From: a virus
IMG/VR virus record: IMGVR_UViG_3300026484_000157
Location: 1 to 64,000 of that record
Length of the DNA: 64,000 bases
Strand: one strand, 5' to 3'
Both the position numbers and the translations under genes were made by a program. Positions 1 to 10,492 of the stretch are shown piece after piece. Within the stretch, counting starts at the first letter, position 1, and every line of letters begins with the position of its first letter. Under the pieces are notes generated by a model. The model was not told the origin of the DNA and made no database searches. It worked only from the letters and a program-made list of their open reading frames with translations.

Positions 1-314
1 TTTCAGGAGAAGCAAAGTTATCACATAGTTATGGTCATAAGCTTAATTCATTGATTATGTTTGTTAATAACCCAACAAATCCTGCTCTAACAGAATTACT
101 TACTTCAATAGATGAGTCATCTTATGGTTGGATGGTGTCTGCAATTGATAACATAATCAATAATGGATTATCACCTTATTATGCAGATAAATACTCACAT
201 ATTACCTCAACTAATGAATTTATCAAAAATTTATTAAAAATAGCAGCAATTTTATTAAAAACAGACAATTTTGAGGATGCAATATTGACATTCTACACTA
301 TAATAACGGATTAA
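1..314 (+). CDS. Hypothetical protein, C-terminal part (frame open to the window start); possibly a clamp-loader small subunit
   Basis: No stop codon upstream of 51 in this frame; directly precedes the DnaX-like gene. Function is a guess from context. Confidence 0.4.
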   Translation, partial: SGEAKLSHSYGHKLNSLIMFVNNPTNPALTELLTSIDESSYGWMVSAIDNIINNGLSPYYADKYSHITSTNEFIKNLLKIAAILLKTDNFEDAILTFYTIITD

Positions 315-316
315 CT

Positions 317-1456
317 ATGGCACAACCAGATACAAAAAGGTTATATAATAAATACAGACCAAATATATTAGACCAAATGGTAGGACAAGACGAAGCTACT
401 GCAATAATTAGAGGGATCTTAAAAAACAAAGGATTTCACTCAAGCAGAGAATTTATCTTGGAATCAGAAGTCGGTGGTGTTGGTAAATCAACAATAGGTA
501 GAATACTAGCCCAAGGGATAAACTGTGAAAATATATCTGATACAGGTGAGCCATGTAAAGAATGTGAGCCATGCAAACAATTTGATGCCAATATATATCA
601 AGATTATATAGAAGTGAATGGTGCTGAATACAATACAGTAGACAAAATGAAATCTGTGATTAATTTAGCATCTCAATATCCAAATAACTCTGATGGTTGG
701 AGAGTTATCATTATAGATGAGTTCCAAAGGGTTTCAAAACAAGCACAGTCAGAATTCCTTGATCTACTTGAATTCAAATCAAACAAGACAATCTTTGTAT
801 TTACAACTACTGAAATGCATCAAATTTTACAACCAATACAAACAAGATGTATGAATATTCCACTGAAGAAGATTAAGCCATCAGTAATAAAACAAAAACT
901 AGTTGAAATCTGTGAAGAAGAAGGTATAAGTTATGATGATGAATCACTTGTGAAAATATCACTGAACTCTGATTCATCACTAAGAGAAGCAATAAAATTA
1001 GTGGATTTGTATAGAATATCATTCGGAGCTGTAAAAAACTTAACCATGACAGATAAATACTCCAAACTGCTTGAATTAATCTTTTTTGGCATCACACACC
1101 AAACAGAAATGCTAGAGGAAGGTCTTTACGATATCAATACCTCTAATCTTTATAAGGATTTGGGCATTGTATTGTTTGAATTAAGATCAAACAATTTGAG
1201 AAGAATCTCACCAGAATATTGGAACAAATATAAGATTCTGATGGAACCAGAAATAGATAATTTGGTTAAAAACTACTTATTGTATAAACCCCAGGATCAG
1301 GAATCATTCGTACTTTGGTGTTCGCTCATCGATATCAATGTCACATCGACTAGAAAGAATAAAGAAGTGGAGAGAACAACTAGAGAATATAGCATTAAGG
1401 AAAAATTTAATGCATCTCTATTATTCATTAAATATGGGTTTAAAAGGAATAGATAA
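317..1456 (+). CDS. dnaX: DNA polymerase III gamma/tau-like clamp-loader AAA+ subunit
   Basis: KYRP..L.QMVGQ N-terminus, Walker A GGVGKS, four-Cys zinc module (CENI..EPCKECEPC), Walker B IIDE, QTRC (SRC-like) motif; gamma-sized (379 aa). Confidence 0.9.
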   Translation: MAQPDTKRLYNKYRPNILDQMVGQDEATAIIRGILKNKGFHSSREFILESEVGGVGKSTIGRILAQGINCENISDTGEPCKECEPCKQFDANIYQDYIEVNGAEYNTVDKMKSVINLASQYPNNSDGWRVIIIDEFQRVSKQAQSEFLDLLEFKSNKTIFVFTTTEMHQILQPIQTRCMNIPLKKIKPSVIKQKLVEICEEEGISYDDESLVKISLNSDSSLREAIKLVDLYRISFGAVKNLTMTDKYSKLLELIFFGITHQTEMLEEGLYDINTSNLYKDLGIVLFELRSNNLRRISPEYWNKYKILMEPEIDNLVKNYLLYKPQDQESFVLWCSLIDINVTSTRKNKEVERTTREYSIKEKFNASLLFIKYGFKRNR

Positions 1457-2497
1457 ATGGATAAATATCTAATATTAGCATCAGAAAAGGACATGGACTT
1501 TGCTCTATGTTCAAGATTAGAGGAGATAGATAAGGCAAACATAGTTATCCCTTTTGATAAGGATTTAGGATCATCTAATTATATTTATGTGAAAGATGGA
1601 GATGAACTTTTACTAAAAGAGATAAACAAACTCATAAAATATTTCAATTTGAACCAATTTGTCGATGCATCCGTTCTCAATATCCATGTTGATAAAATTG
1701 ATGAGTCTAATAGTCTGAAGAAAGGCGATTATGTGAGACACCTATCTTATGGTAAGGCTCCATTATTAGTTGATAAGATCCTGAAGAAACATGTAGTTAC
1801 TACAATAACAATTAGAAACAAGAAATTTGAGATTAAAGATACTAAGGACAAATTCATAATCCATGATAACCCTGCTTATTATCTATATGATACATTGGAT
1901 ATTCCATCGTTGAAGGGAGTTATAAATATTGACTGTGATTATTTATTATCAATAACATCAGAGTTCGATGAGATAATAAAATTGTTATTGAGAATAAAAA
2001 TTACTAATCAAAATAGAATAATGGTGTTTATCAATCCAAATGAGATAATGGAAGAGGTTGCTCTTGCTTTGGAATTACCAACATATAATAAGTTTATTCC
2101 ATCAGAGATTATATTTTCTGATAAGAAATATCTATACCATAATTTTGAAAAGGTACTTATCAAACATAAAATCAACCTAATACAAGAATCACCTGATTTG
2201 TATAATCCAGTTTATGAAGCGATAATAGTACTTAAAGAGAATGGGACTATAAAAGAACTATTCAATAAAGACTACATAAAGTCAATAACTAAAGATTTGG
2301 ATAATAAATCAATTAAATCAAGATTCAAAAAGTATTATAAAGACATAATAGATTTGACAGTAAATTCAACATCTCCTTTGCCAATAACACCAACTATTGA
2401 TTTTAATATCACTCATGATTATTCAATATTTGAGAAATATGATATGTATTGGTACATTGAGAATTATGACATTTATCATAGAATTCTAAGATTTTAA
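1457..2497 (+). CDS. Putative NusG-like (NGN+KOW) protein with a C-terminal degenerate 5'-3' exonuclease-like region
   Basis: IVIP..NYIYVK and LKKGDYVR..VVTTITIRNKKFEI resemble NGN and KOW; INIDCDYLL and IIFSDKKYL resemble eroded PIN/5'-3' exonuclease motifs. Confidence 0.4.
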   Translation: MDKYLILASEKDMDFALCSRLEEIDKANIVIPFDKDLGSSNYIYVKDGDELLLKEINKLIKYFNLNQFVDASVLNIHVDKIDESNSLKKGDYVRHLSYGKAPLLVDKILKKHVVTTITIRNKKFEIKDTKDKFIIHDNPAYYLYDTLDIPSLKGVINIDCDYLLSITSEFDEIIKLLLRIKITNQNRIMVFINPNEIMEEVALALELPTYNKFIPSEIIFSDKKYLYHNFEKVLIKHKINLIQESPDLYNPVYEAIIVLKENGTIKELFNKDYIKSITKDLDNKSIKSRFKKYYKDIIDLTVNSTSPLPITPTIDFNITHDYSIFEKYDMYWYIENYDIYHRILRF

Positions 2498-2506
2498 GGA
2501 CATAAC

Positions 2507-3346
2507 ATGGAAAGATATATACCGATGCACACAATTCACGATGAATGTGAAAATGACAAATATTCAATACAACATAAGGTGTTCAAACACTCATTTAGAT
2601 CTCAGATGGATGGAGAATTCATGGGTCAGAATGATGGCGATATAATAGCTGTTCTTGTTGATAAAACTAAAGATGAAATTGTTATGAGTGACTCTGTTAT
2701 GGAGAAGAAAACAAATCTTGATTTTTTGAACAATGCCAAAGGAAATATATTAGTAGCTGGTTTAGGTCTAGGTATGATTCTCATCGCTCTAAAGGATAAA
2801 AAGACTGTTGAAAAGATTACTGTTGTTGAAATCGATCAAAATCTAATTGACCTCATATCCCCAACATTGTCTAAACATATAAACATAGATATAATAAATC
2901 AAGATATCAATGATTTTGATCCAAAAGAGAAATATGACACTATTTACTGTGATATATGGAACAATATAGAGGGTGATAATCTAGAAGAAATGACAATCTT
3001 ATATAACAAACTGAAAGGGTCACTATCAGAAGATGGATGGATAAGTAACTGGAGAATGGCTGATACAATAAAATTATCAGACTGCGATACCAAACATAAT
3101 CCAATAAATATGATATCTGAGGATGAAGCGATTCAGGTGATAGTTGATACGGCTATAGAAACAGGAGATACACCACAAAATCTAATTGATTTATATGAAG
3201 AATCAAAACATAGTTATACAAATTTAGTAAAAGAATTAGATAGCTCAATATTTGTATGTGAACATTGTGGGTGGACAATGGATATAAACGAACAAGATTC
3301 TGATGGAATTTGTAGCTCTTGTTCTGACGACTACATGGAGGAGTAA
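2507..3346 (+). CDS. Class I SAM-dependent methyltransferase (spermidine-synthase-like fold) with a C-terminal zinc ribbon
   Basis: ILVAGLGLG motif I, VVEID, YDTIYCDIW; C-terminal CEHC...CSSC. Confidence 0.75.
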   Translation: MERYIPMHTIHDECENDKYSIQHKVFKHSFRSQMDGEFMGQNDGDIIAVLVDKTKDEIVMSDSVMEKKTNLDFLNNAKGNILVAGLGLGMILIALKDKKTVEKITVVEIDQNLIDLISPTLSKHINIDIINQDINDFDPKEKYDTIYCDIWNNIEGDNLEEMTILYNKLKGSLSEDGWISNWRMADTIKLSDCDTKHNPINMISEDEAIQVIVDTAIETGDTPQNLIDLYEESKHSYTNLVKELDSSIFVCEHCGWTMDINEQDSDGICSSCSDDYMEE

Positions 3347-3348
3347 TA

Positions 3349-3999
3349 ATGGAAAACCATTATATAGATTATCTGTCTACACAAAATAAGGCAGAGGGAA
3401 ATGAAAATATTAAGGATTTATTTAAGGAATACTTCTCAATGGTACGACCTTTATTAAATAATATCTTTTGGGTTGATAGTTTTACTGCTTATTTGAATTA
3501 TACTTGTGGTGTATCTCAATCGAAGATTGGTGATTTAATTGGGATGTCACAGTTAGGGGTATCAAGAAGAACAAGATCATGTATTAGAAAATTGTCACTT
3601 TACTTGGAACGACCAGAAACTGATTCAGATAGAATCTCTGAAGATCTTAGAATATTCTTCCCTGAAAAATGGATTGAGCCACTAATATTATATTATTTCA
3701 CTTTTAGTTTCAGTCTAATCAATAAATTAACAGGGTCAGTCTTTTTTAGAAATAGAATAATAACAGCAAAAGATTACATGGACATTCTATCTGCTTCAAC
3801 ATCAGAAGAGGACTTCAGGAACAAGATAGAACATAATCATGAGAAGATTTATAAGTTATTGGACAACGGAGAATATAAAACATTGTTAGCTACAATAAGA
3901 AGATACAACAAATTTTATACTGAATTATTGGCTACTAATACATATTCTTATTATCAATCTAAGTTATTTGATGACAAGAGAGGTAATTCTAAGAAATGA
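3349..3999 (+). CDS. Sigma-70 region 4-like helix-turn-helix protein
   Basis: GVSQSKIGDLIGMSQLGVSRRTRSCIRKL matches the region-4 HTH pattern. Confidence 0.6.
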   Translation: MENHYIDYLSTQNKAEGNENIKDLFKEYFSMVRPLLNNIFWVDSFTAYLNYTCGVSQSKIGDLIGMSQLGVSRRTRSCIRKLSLYLERPETDSDRISEDLRIFFPEKWIEPLILYYFTFSFSLINKLTGSVFFRNRIITAKDYMDILSASTSEEDFRNKIEHNHEKIYKLLDNGEYKTLLATIRRYNKFYTELLATNTYSYYQSKLFDDKRGNSKK

Positions 4000-4547
4000 T
4001 CAAATTTGTAGATAAACAGGCTAGTAATATTATTGTAAATTTATGGGCTAATAAAGATAGAGAACTGGACACCACTTTAGATAATAACTGTAAACATTTA
4101 AATGTTGAGAATCAGGTCTGCACATCTTGTGGCTCATTTGTTGGTTATTGGGGACATGAGAAGTCAATATTACAATTCTATAAACACACACTACAATTTG
4201 TTTATAATCAGAAATGTGATGTACATATAGTTCATCATAAACCTATTCCCAATGAACTGGTGCTTGGAGATTTCTCAATTAGCAAAACTGCTTCAAATCC
4301 ATATAGATCAATAACTCATATTGATGACAATCATATGATAATAAGTTCGTTTTATAAAAATCCAATGTACACTAAGTATAATCATGCCAAGAAAGGATCA
4401 GTTATTGAATGGCTGATAAAAAATGTAATAAATAGTGGCTCAGTGTTTTTGAATCCAACCAAAATAGAACATGGTTATCCAATCAAATATAGCCATATAA
4501 ACAAAGGAATTAATAATGATAAATGGCATAACATTTTCACAGGATAA
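3996..4547 (+). CDS. Hypothetical protein (Cys/His zinc-binding motif)
   Basis: CKH...CTSC; ATGA overlap with the upstream gene. Confidence 0.55.
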   Translation: MIKFVDKQASNIIVNLWANKDRELDTTLDNNCKHLNVENQVCTSCGSFVGYWGHEKSILQFYKHTLQFVYNQKCDVHIVHHKPIPNELVLGDFSISKTASNPYRSITHIDDNHMIISSFYKNPMYTKYNHAKKGSVIEWLIKNVINSGSVFLNPTKIEHGYPIKYSHINKGINNDKWHNIFTG

Positions 4548-4857
4548 TAGACAAATGGAAGCTTCAGTCGGTGTATCCTCTAAACTACAACTAGATTCAT
4601 TCAAAAATAAGACTGTTTCTAAAACAATCAATTTAAGACCTATGATAAAGGCAGGTGCAAAAGTCGAGCCAACTCAAAATGGTTTCAGAGTAACATTTCC
4701 AAGAACCTTAACTGCATCGGTTAAAACAATTGAGTTTGTTAAATCAATGTTAAAGAAATGCACTAATGGAAAGTGTGATTTAATTGATGTTCCAGATAAC
4801 CCACTTTGGGATATTGAAGAAATTGGAACAAACAAATTTCTAATTAAACAACTATAA
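4516..4857 (+). CDS. Hypothetical protein
   Basis: AAGGA RBS, 113-aa ORF. Confidence 0.6.
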   Translation: MINGITFSQDNRQMEASVGVSSKLQLDSFKNKTVSKTINLRPMIKAGAKVEPTQNGFRVTFPRTLTASVKTIEFVKSMLKKCTNGKCDLIDVPDNPLWDIEEIGTNKFLIKQL

Positions 4858-4869
4858 GGAGCAATACAA

Positions 4870-5676
4870 ATGGAACTAGGTATTGATAAGAACTTAACAA
4901 TAGACTTCTCGGAAAATGAAGCAAATGAAAGCACAGATATAGATTATGGTGAGAGAAATCCTATGACCGTAATGTTTCTAGATGAAGATAATGAAACAAT
5001 TACTGAAGAGGAAGAGGTTACATTAGAAATAACAGAGCAAGATGTTTACATCGCACTAATTAACATTTTCAGTAAAAACCCAGCTATTCTTAAATCAATA
5101 AGAACTAACTACTCAGCTATAAAAATGACAATTGACAATGAATTATCTGAGTTCTTTGGTGCAGACTTAACATTATCTGACTTAATTGAAACATTTCCAA
5201 AAATACAAGATTTTGTTTATTTATCATCAATCGGTGTGCTTGTACATAATAAATATATTAATGCAGTTCCATCTGATGTAAAATTATATGTTGAAACACC
5301 AAATGATAAAGATTCTATATACATTAGAACAACATCTATTGGAAGAGTATTTAAATCAATACCAGTAATTTCATTCTTTGTTAAAGCAGAATTTAACAGT
5401 CTAATGGCTAAATTCTTTAAAGGAAAATTTCCATCAGGTGTCAATGGAGATTATTACAATTACTACATATCACAGTTTCAAGAAGCTGAAACTCAGAGAA
5501 AAATTCAAGATATAAATATTGATATTGAAGTAATGACTGATTTAGAGATTGTATCATGGATTGACGAATGTGGTGGTCTTACTGAAGAGGTTTACACAAC
5601 ATTCAAATTATCTAATTTTCCACAAAGAAGACTAGATAAGATCAAGAAAATCATAACATTAATGGAAATGAATTAA
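4870..5676 (+). CDS. Hypothetical protein
   Basis: AAGGAG RBS, 268-aa ORF. Confidence 0.65.
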   Translation: MELGIDKNLTIDFSENEANESTDIDYGERNPMTVMFLDEDNETITEEEEVTLEITEQDVYIALINIFSKNPAILKSIRTNYSAIKMTIDNELSEFFGADLTLSDLIETFPKIQDFVYLSSIGVLVHNKYINAVPSDVKLYVETPNDKDSIYIRTTSIGRVFKSIPVISFFVKAEFNSLMAKFFKGKFPSGVNGDYYNYYISQFQEAETQRKIQDINIDIEVMTDLEIVSWIDECGGLTEEVYTTFKLSNFPQRRLDKIKKIITLMEMN

Positions 5677-5677
5677 C

Positions 5678-6172
5678 ATGGAAAAGTTATCAACTAAATT
5701 AAAAAATTATAAAGATCTACCTTTTGAAGAAAAGATGGATCTAGTCGAAGACATTACTGCTACTATAATCTCTCAATATGGAGAATTATTAGATAGTGTA
5801 GATGGGGAAGATAGAAGTTTTGCAATCGGTTCAAAAGGATATAATGAAGCAGTAAAATCAATGACTTCACTATTAGGGCAATTGTCTAAATTGAACATTT
5901 ACAATCGTGAATCTGCTATGAAAGATAATATAGACTTCAATCATCCAAAGATTCAGAAAGGTATGTATTTCTTAATTGAAGCAGTAATTGATTCTATGAA
6001 AGAATCAGACATTGATGATACTCAAATCGCAGTTTTTTCAAACACTCTTTCTTTAAAATTAGTCGGATTCGAGGATCAATTAAATTCAACACTTAAAAAA
6101 CTGGCTTCAACTCTTGTTGATACTGCCAAAAACCCACTTATTGAAAAGATACTAAATGGTGAGGCAAGATAA
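5678..6172 (+). CDS. Hypothetical helical protein (candidate terminase small subunit)
   Basis: 164 aa, helical, two genes upstream of terL; function inferred from position only. Confidence 0.4.
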   Translation: MEKLSTKLKNYKDLPFEEKMDLVEDITATIISQYGELLDSVDGEDRSFAIGSKGYNEAVKSMTSLLGQLSKLNIYNRESAMKDNIDFNHPKIQKGMYFLIEAVIDSMKESDIDDTQIAVFSNTLSLKLVGFEDQLNSTLKKLASTLVDTAKNPLIEKILNGEAR

Positions 6173-6999
6173 TGAATATTATTGCAGGTATAGTAAATTC
6201 TAATATCAAGATTGGCGACTATAAGATTATCAATAATTCACTATTTAAAAACGAATTATTGATAGGTACTGCATCATTCACTTGGTATAAATATCCAAGA
6301 AAAACATTGAGAATAACCTCATTTAAAATGTCTACTGCAAATAAAAACAAAGGTCATTATAAAGCATTTATAAAAGATCTTATAAATTATAGTGATAAAA
6401 ATAACATAATGACCACATTCCACTCTGTTGCAAGAGTTGGTACTGCAAAACAATCAGAGCATAAAATATTGTTATCTCTAGGTTATAAGCATAATTTTGG
6501 TAAAACAAAAATAGCTGAAATTCAAGATAGTTACTATAGATATCCATCTAAGACTACTCAGGCAATTGAGGGATTATATGCAGCAGTAACATTTACCGAT
6601 TTGACTACATCACAATTGCTTAATATAACTAAATCTATCCCTAATGGAGAGAAAGAGTTCCATTCGACTCTATTATATAGTAGAGTCTCATTGCCAACAT
6701 ATGTTCCACAAGGAGAGATATTTCCAGTCTGGGAAGCTCCATCTAGCTTATATTCTCTTGAAAAATGGATAGATACCGATGGTAAAACAATATTAGTGCT
6801 TACTTATTCTTGTAAAAATTTAGAGGATAGACATTCATATTTAATGAACAAACATAATGCAACTTATGACTTCGATGAATATAAACCACATATAACACTT
6901 TCGTATGATATCCCAGAAGAGTTTAACATAGATAATATAAACATAGAAGAATTAGAAATTCAAATATCAAATGAGTATGCTGAAAAACTAGAATTATAG
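6172..6999 (+). CDS. acb1: Acb1-family 2H phosphodiesterase (anti-CBASS) fused to an N-terminal GNAT-like domain
   Basis: C-terminal half GLYAAV..HSTLLYSR..DGKTILVL..RH..ATYDFDEYKPHITLSY closely follows T4 Acb1/gp57B (two HxT motifs); N-terminal KNKGHYKAFIK..LGY is GNAT-like. Confidence 0.8.
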   Translation: MNIIAGIVNSNIKIGDYKIINNSLFKNELLIGTASFTWYKYPRKTLRITSFKMSTANKNKGHYKAFIKDLINYSDKNNIMTTFHSVARVGTAKQSEHKILLSLGYKHNFGKTKIAEIQDSYYRYPSKTTQAIEGLYAAVTFTDLTTSQLLNITKSIPNGEKEFHSTLLYSRVSLPTYVPQGEIFPVWEAPSSLYSLEKWIDTDGKTILVLTYSCKNLEDRHSYLMNKHNATYDFDEYKPHITLSYDIPEEFNIDNINIEELEIQISNEYAEKLEL

Positions 7000-7023
7000 A
7001 CATACAAGAAGGACTCGGAAACC

Positions 7024-8787
7024 ATGGCAATATCAACTCTTGTATCGAAGATTTCAAAGTCCACATCAATAGTAGATCCAATAACTTTTGCACAATCTCC
7101 AAATTTCTTGGGGATTAACTTATTCCCACTACAAAAGTTCATCATTAAGATTGTATATGGTATGGAATTGGATGATAACTTAAAAGTTCCAATAGTAATT
7201 AAAGATAAGTTCAACGAGGTAGTTCTTGAAGAATTTTATTCTGAAACTGAATTCTTATATTATTTATATGACAACGACTATATTAACAGTTTAGAATTCG
7301 ATGAATCAATTATTGAGATGGTACTAGTGATTGGTCGTAGGGGAACCAAAACTACAATATCATCAATCATAACAGCATATACATTATATTTGCTACTAAT
7401 GAAAGAATCACCTCATGAATATTTAGGAGTGATTAAACAATCAGAAGTTGGGATTGCTATCTGTTCTAATAATAAGGATAATGCATCAAGACAACTGCGA
7501 GAGGTTTCTGCCTTTATTTATGGGAGCAAATGGTTCAAGCCATTTCTTGTGTCAAAAGAACCTGCAGCAGAGGGCTTCTTCTTAAAATCATCTGAACAAA
7601 TTTCAAACCCAGAAAGTAAGATTGGTCACATATTTGTATCAGTATTTGCAGCATCTCCATCAGTTAGGGGTGCATCTAACTTAATAGTTATAATGGATGA
7701 GTATGCCCACTTCATCGATTCTGAAGTTTCAACTAAATCTAAACCACTAGATAAATTATTATATGAGGCACTTACTCCATCAGTTTCTGGTTTCTCTGAT
7801 CCTGATGGTAAGCCATTAGGTAGAGCAATGATAATCACATCACCTAATGGTAAGAAGGGTGAGGTATGGAAGAGAAAGAAAACATCTAGGGACGATAAAT
7901 CTCAGTTGTTCATGAATATTCCATCGTGGTGGATAAATGCAAACTTAGCATCAGCATTTCTAAGAAAGATGTATAATGAATCTGAAGCATCATTTTGGCA
8001 GGAATATGGTGCTAAATTTGTTGAGAAAGAATCTGGATGGATTGAAAATATGGCTAAGTTCAGATCTATGAGAGATTTAGCCCTTAGCAATTCTAAAAAC
8101 AATGGTACAATGAAGAAAAGATACTATGTCGGAGTCGATCTAGCTCTATCAGGGGATGGAACAGCAATCTCTGTAATATCTTATAGCAAAAATCGTGGAA
8201 GAACATTAGAAGATGAAAAACATAATGAACATATCACAAATGAAGGTGTTTATGCGATTGAATATGTTTGGTATAAACTACCAGCCAAAGGTCAGATATT
8301 ATCAGTTAATGAAATAATAGTAGAACTCCTAAGTATAAAAGAACAATTTAATGTTGTAGGTTGGGCATTTGACCAATGGGCATATGATATGTTCGATCAA
8401 TGGCTACAAGAAAAGAATATTAAGCTTAAGAATAAGATGAAGGTATCATCTACACAAGAGTCGAATTCAAACATGGCAAGATTCTTTAAGGCATTGATGA
8501 ATGAAGGGAAGATAGTACTTCCAAATGACGATGATTTATTCTATGAGCTAGAGGCTTTAAAAGAAACATTGTCAGGTAAACATATTAAAGTTGAAAATAC
8601 ATCAGGTCATGATGATAGATTTACTTCAATATTAAGAGCACTTTGGATCGCTCAATCGGATCCAAGAAGAGGTGATATAAATGAGAATAGGATTACTACT
8701 CACAGACAGTATGAAACATTTAAGAAAACTCATCATAAACCACTTCAACAATTAAGAAATAGAACACCTAAAAAACGGAGAAGATAA
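7024..8787 (+). CDS. terL: Terminase large subunit
   Basis: Walker A GRRGTKT, Walker B IVIMDE, ITSPNG coupling motif, nuclease GVDLA and HDDR. Confidence 0.92.
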   Translation: MAISTLVSKISKSTSIVDPITFAQSPNFLGINLFPLQKFIIKIVYGMELDDNLKVPIVIKDKFNEVVLEEFYSETEFLYYLYDNDYINSLEFDESIIEMVLVIGRRGTKTTISSIITAYTLYLLLMKESPHEYLGVIKQSEVGIAICSNNKDNASRQLREVSAFIYGSKWFKPFLVSKEPAAEGFFLKSSEQISNPESKIGHIFVSVFAASPSVRGASNLIVIMDEYAHFIDSEVSTKSKPLDKLLYEALTPSVSGFSDPDGKPLGRAMIITSPNGKKGEVWKRKKTSRDDKSQLFMNIPSWWINANLASAFLRKMYNESEASFWQEYGAKFVEKESGWIENMAKFRSMRDLALSNSKNNGTMKKRYYVGVDLALSGDGTAISVISYSKNRGRTLEDEKHNEHITNEGVYAIEYVWYKLPAKGQILSVNEIIVELLSIKEQFNVVGWAFDQWAYDMFDQWLQEKNIKLKNKMKVSSTQESNSNMARFFKALMNEGKIVLPNDDDLFYELEALKETLSGKHIKVENTSGHDDRFTSILRALWIAQSDPRRGDINENRITTHRQYETFKKTHHKPLQQLRNRTPKKRRR

Positions 8788-10358
8788 TGAAACAAATTGA
8801 AATTGATATAGATGTTGGCTCATCGAATGCAATACTTACAGAAGCTTATAAAATCATATTAAGGCTTCAGGATGAGAGCTTACAAATTTCTAGACTTACT
8901 GAAGTCCAATTGAATAAATTAGCATACTATTTTTATACTGTCAATCCTTATTATAAAAGAATAATCAATATCCATTCTAGACTTCCATTATCATCAATAT
9001 TTGTTGCAAAGCCTAAATTGGATGATAATGATATTGTTCAGGATTATATATTTAGATTTTATGAGAATTTCTATAAAACATCAGGATTGGAAGCATCAAT
9101 CAAGAAAGCTACATTATATTTCAATATTTTCAGTTGTGCATACATTCTTATTGAAGATGATTTTGATAAACTATCTACTGTAATAAGCGATGAGGAAAAC
9201 TTATCGAATAAGAATTATAACTCACTGTCAGAGGAAGATCAAAAATTCATAGATGACTCGGTTGCTAAATATAACAGAGGTGAGTTAAAATCAAGAGATG
9301 AGATCGATCGAGTTATTAAAAAATATATCGTAGAAATCAACGATAAATACATGGGTGTGCTGAAATCAAGAGTACTATCTCCTTTTGATATTATTGAAGT
9401 ATCTGAAAATCATGAGCTTGACTACTATGAATATGAAATAAACAAATCAGAGTATATTGTAGATTTCATTTCATCATCTGAACACAAAGATGATGAAAAA
9501 ATGAAAAGAGAAGATAAAATCATGAGAGATCTAGTCGAAATAGGATACAGTAGATCATTTGTTGCTCTCCATTTCGAAGATAAAAATTCTAAGACTATAA
9601 CAATAACATCTGATCCATCAACTGATGGAATATACATGGTAAAAATGACCAAAGATGAACTTCTTAATGAAAATAGTAATGACATACATTCAATATTAAG
9701 AGATTTAATAAAATATGAGACTTCTTCAATCAAACAACAAGAAAGAATCAATAAACAGAATAAAAAGGTTAATTTTGTTAAGTTACCTGATGACTTAGGG
9801 GATGATGAGGTTGAGAACATTGAAGGTAAAATTGATGATGCATTAGATGATGAAAATGGATCATATGTAACAACCAATATAGACTTATCTGTTGAAAATG
9901 TGGATTTCGAACTTAATGTTCCAGAGGAAGCATCAGATATAAGAGAAGAAGCTAAACAAAATATACTAATTGGGACTGGAACTCCAGAGTCATTAGTTAA
10001 TAGTGATGATAGTTATGGATCTTCTTATTTGAAATTAGAAATTTTACAAAATGAATATACATCTTATAGATCATCAATTAAAGATCTAATAGAAGAAAAT
10101 ATATTCAAGCCAATCGCTTATAAGAAGGGATTTATTACAGTTGACCTATTTGGTTATGCAAGAGAAATCTACCCAACATTGGCATTTGAAATTGGTAGCA
10201 TTATTAATAATCAAGATTTCTTGGAAACTCTGAAAGACTTAAATAGTGATGACTTGGTATCTAATCAAACTGTTTTAGAACGATACGGAATAGATCAAGA
10301 TGAAGAACTTACAAAGATCAAAAGAGAAAATGAACAAAGAGAAGAGGCAGGAGTTTAA
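8787..10358 (+). CDS. Portal protein
   Basis: 523 aa directly after terL; NPYYKRIINIHSRLPLS and GTPESLV..SY..LEIL..Y portal-like segments. Confidence 0.75.
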   Translation: MKQIEIDIDVGSSNAILTEAYKIILRLQDESLQISRLTEVQLNKLAYYFYTVNPYYKRIINIHSRLPLSSIFVAKPKLDDNDIVQDYIFRFYENFYKTSGLEASIKKATLYFNIFSCAYILIEDDFDKLSTVISDEENLSNKNYNSLSEEDQKFIDDSVAKYNRGELKSRDEIDRVIKKYIVEINDKYMGVLKSRVLSPFDIIEVSENHELDYYEYEINKSEYIVDFISSSEHKDDEKMKREDKIMRDLVEIGYSRSFVALHFEDKNSKTITITSDPSTDGIYMVKMTKDELLNENSNDIHSILRDLIKYETSSIKQQERINKQNKKVNFVKLPDDLGDDEVENIEGKIDDALDDENGSYVTTNIDLSVENVDFELNVPEEASDIREEAKQNILIGTGTPESLVNSDDSYGSSYLKLEILQNEYTSYRSSIKDLIEENIFKPIAYKKGFITVDLFGYAREIYPTLAFEIGSIINNQDFLETLKDLNSDDLVSNQTVLERYGIDQDEELTKIKRENEQREEAGV

Positions 10359-10360
10359 AA

Positions 10361-10492
10361 ATGAATATAATAGTTGGGGTCGGCTCTAAGTCAAATAAAT
10401 TTAGAGCACCATTAAAGATAGTCAAGAAAAAGAATACAGTACCAGAAAACAAATCAGTAGATAAAAAGGAATTTAAGCATGTTTCTAAATAG
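10361..10492 (+). CDS. Small basic protein (43 aa, not in the ORF track)
   Basis: GGAG RBS; MNIIVGVGSKSNKFRAPLKIVKKKNTVPENKSVDKKEFKHVSK fills the portal-protease gap. Confidence 0.5.
   Translation: MNIIVGVGSKSNKFRAPLKIVKKKNTVPENKSVDKKEFKHVSK

Noticed and set aside
317-1456. dnaX-type programmed -1 frameshift
   Set aside because: The ORF is already gamma-sized and I saw no in-frame A AAA AAG site with a downstream extension.
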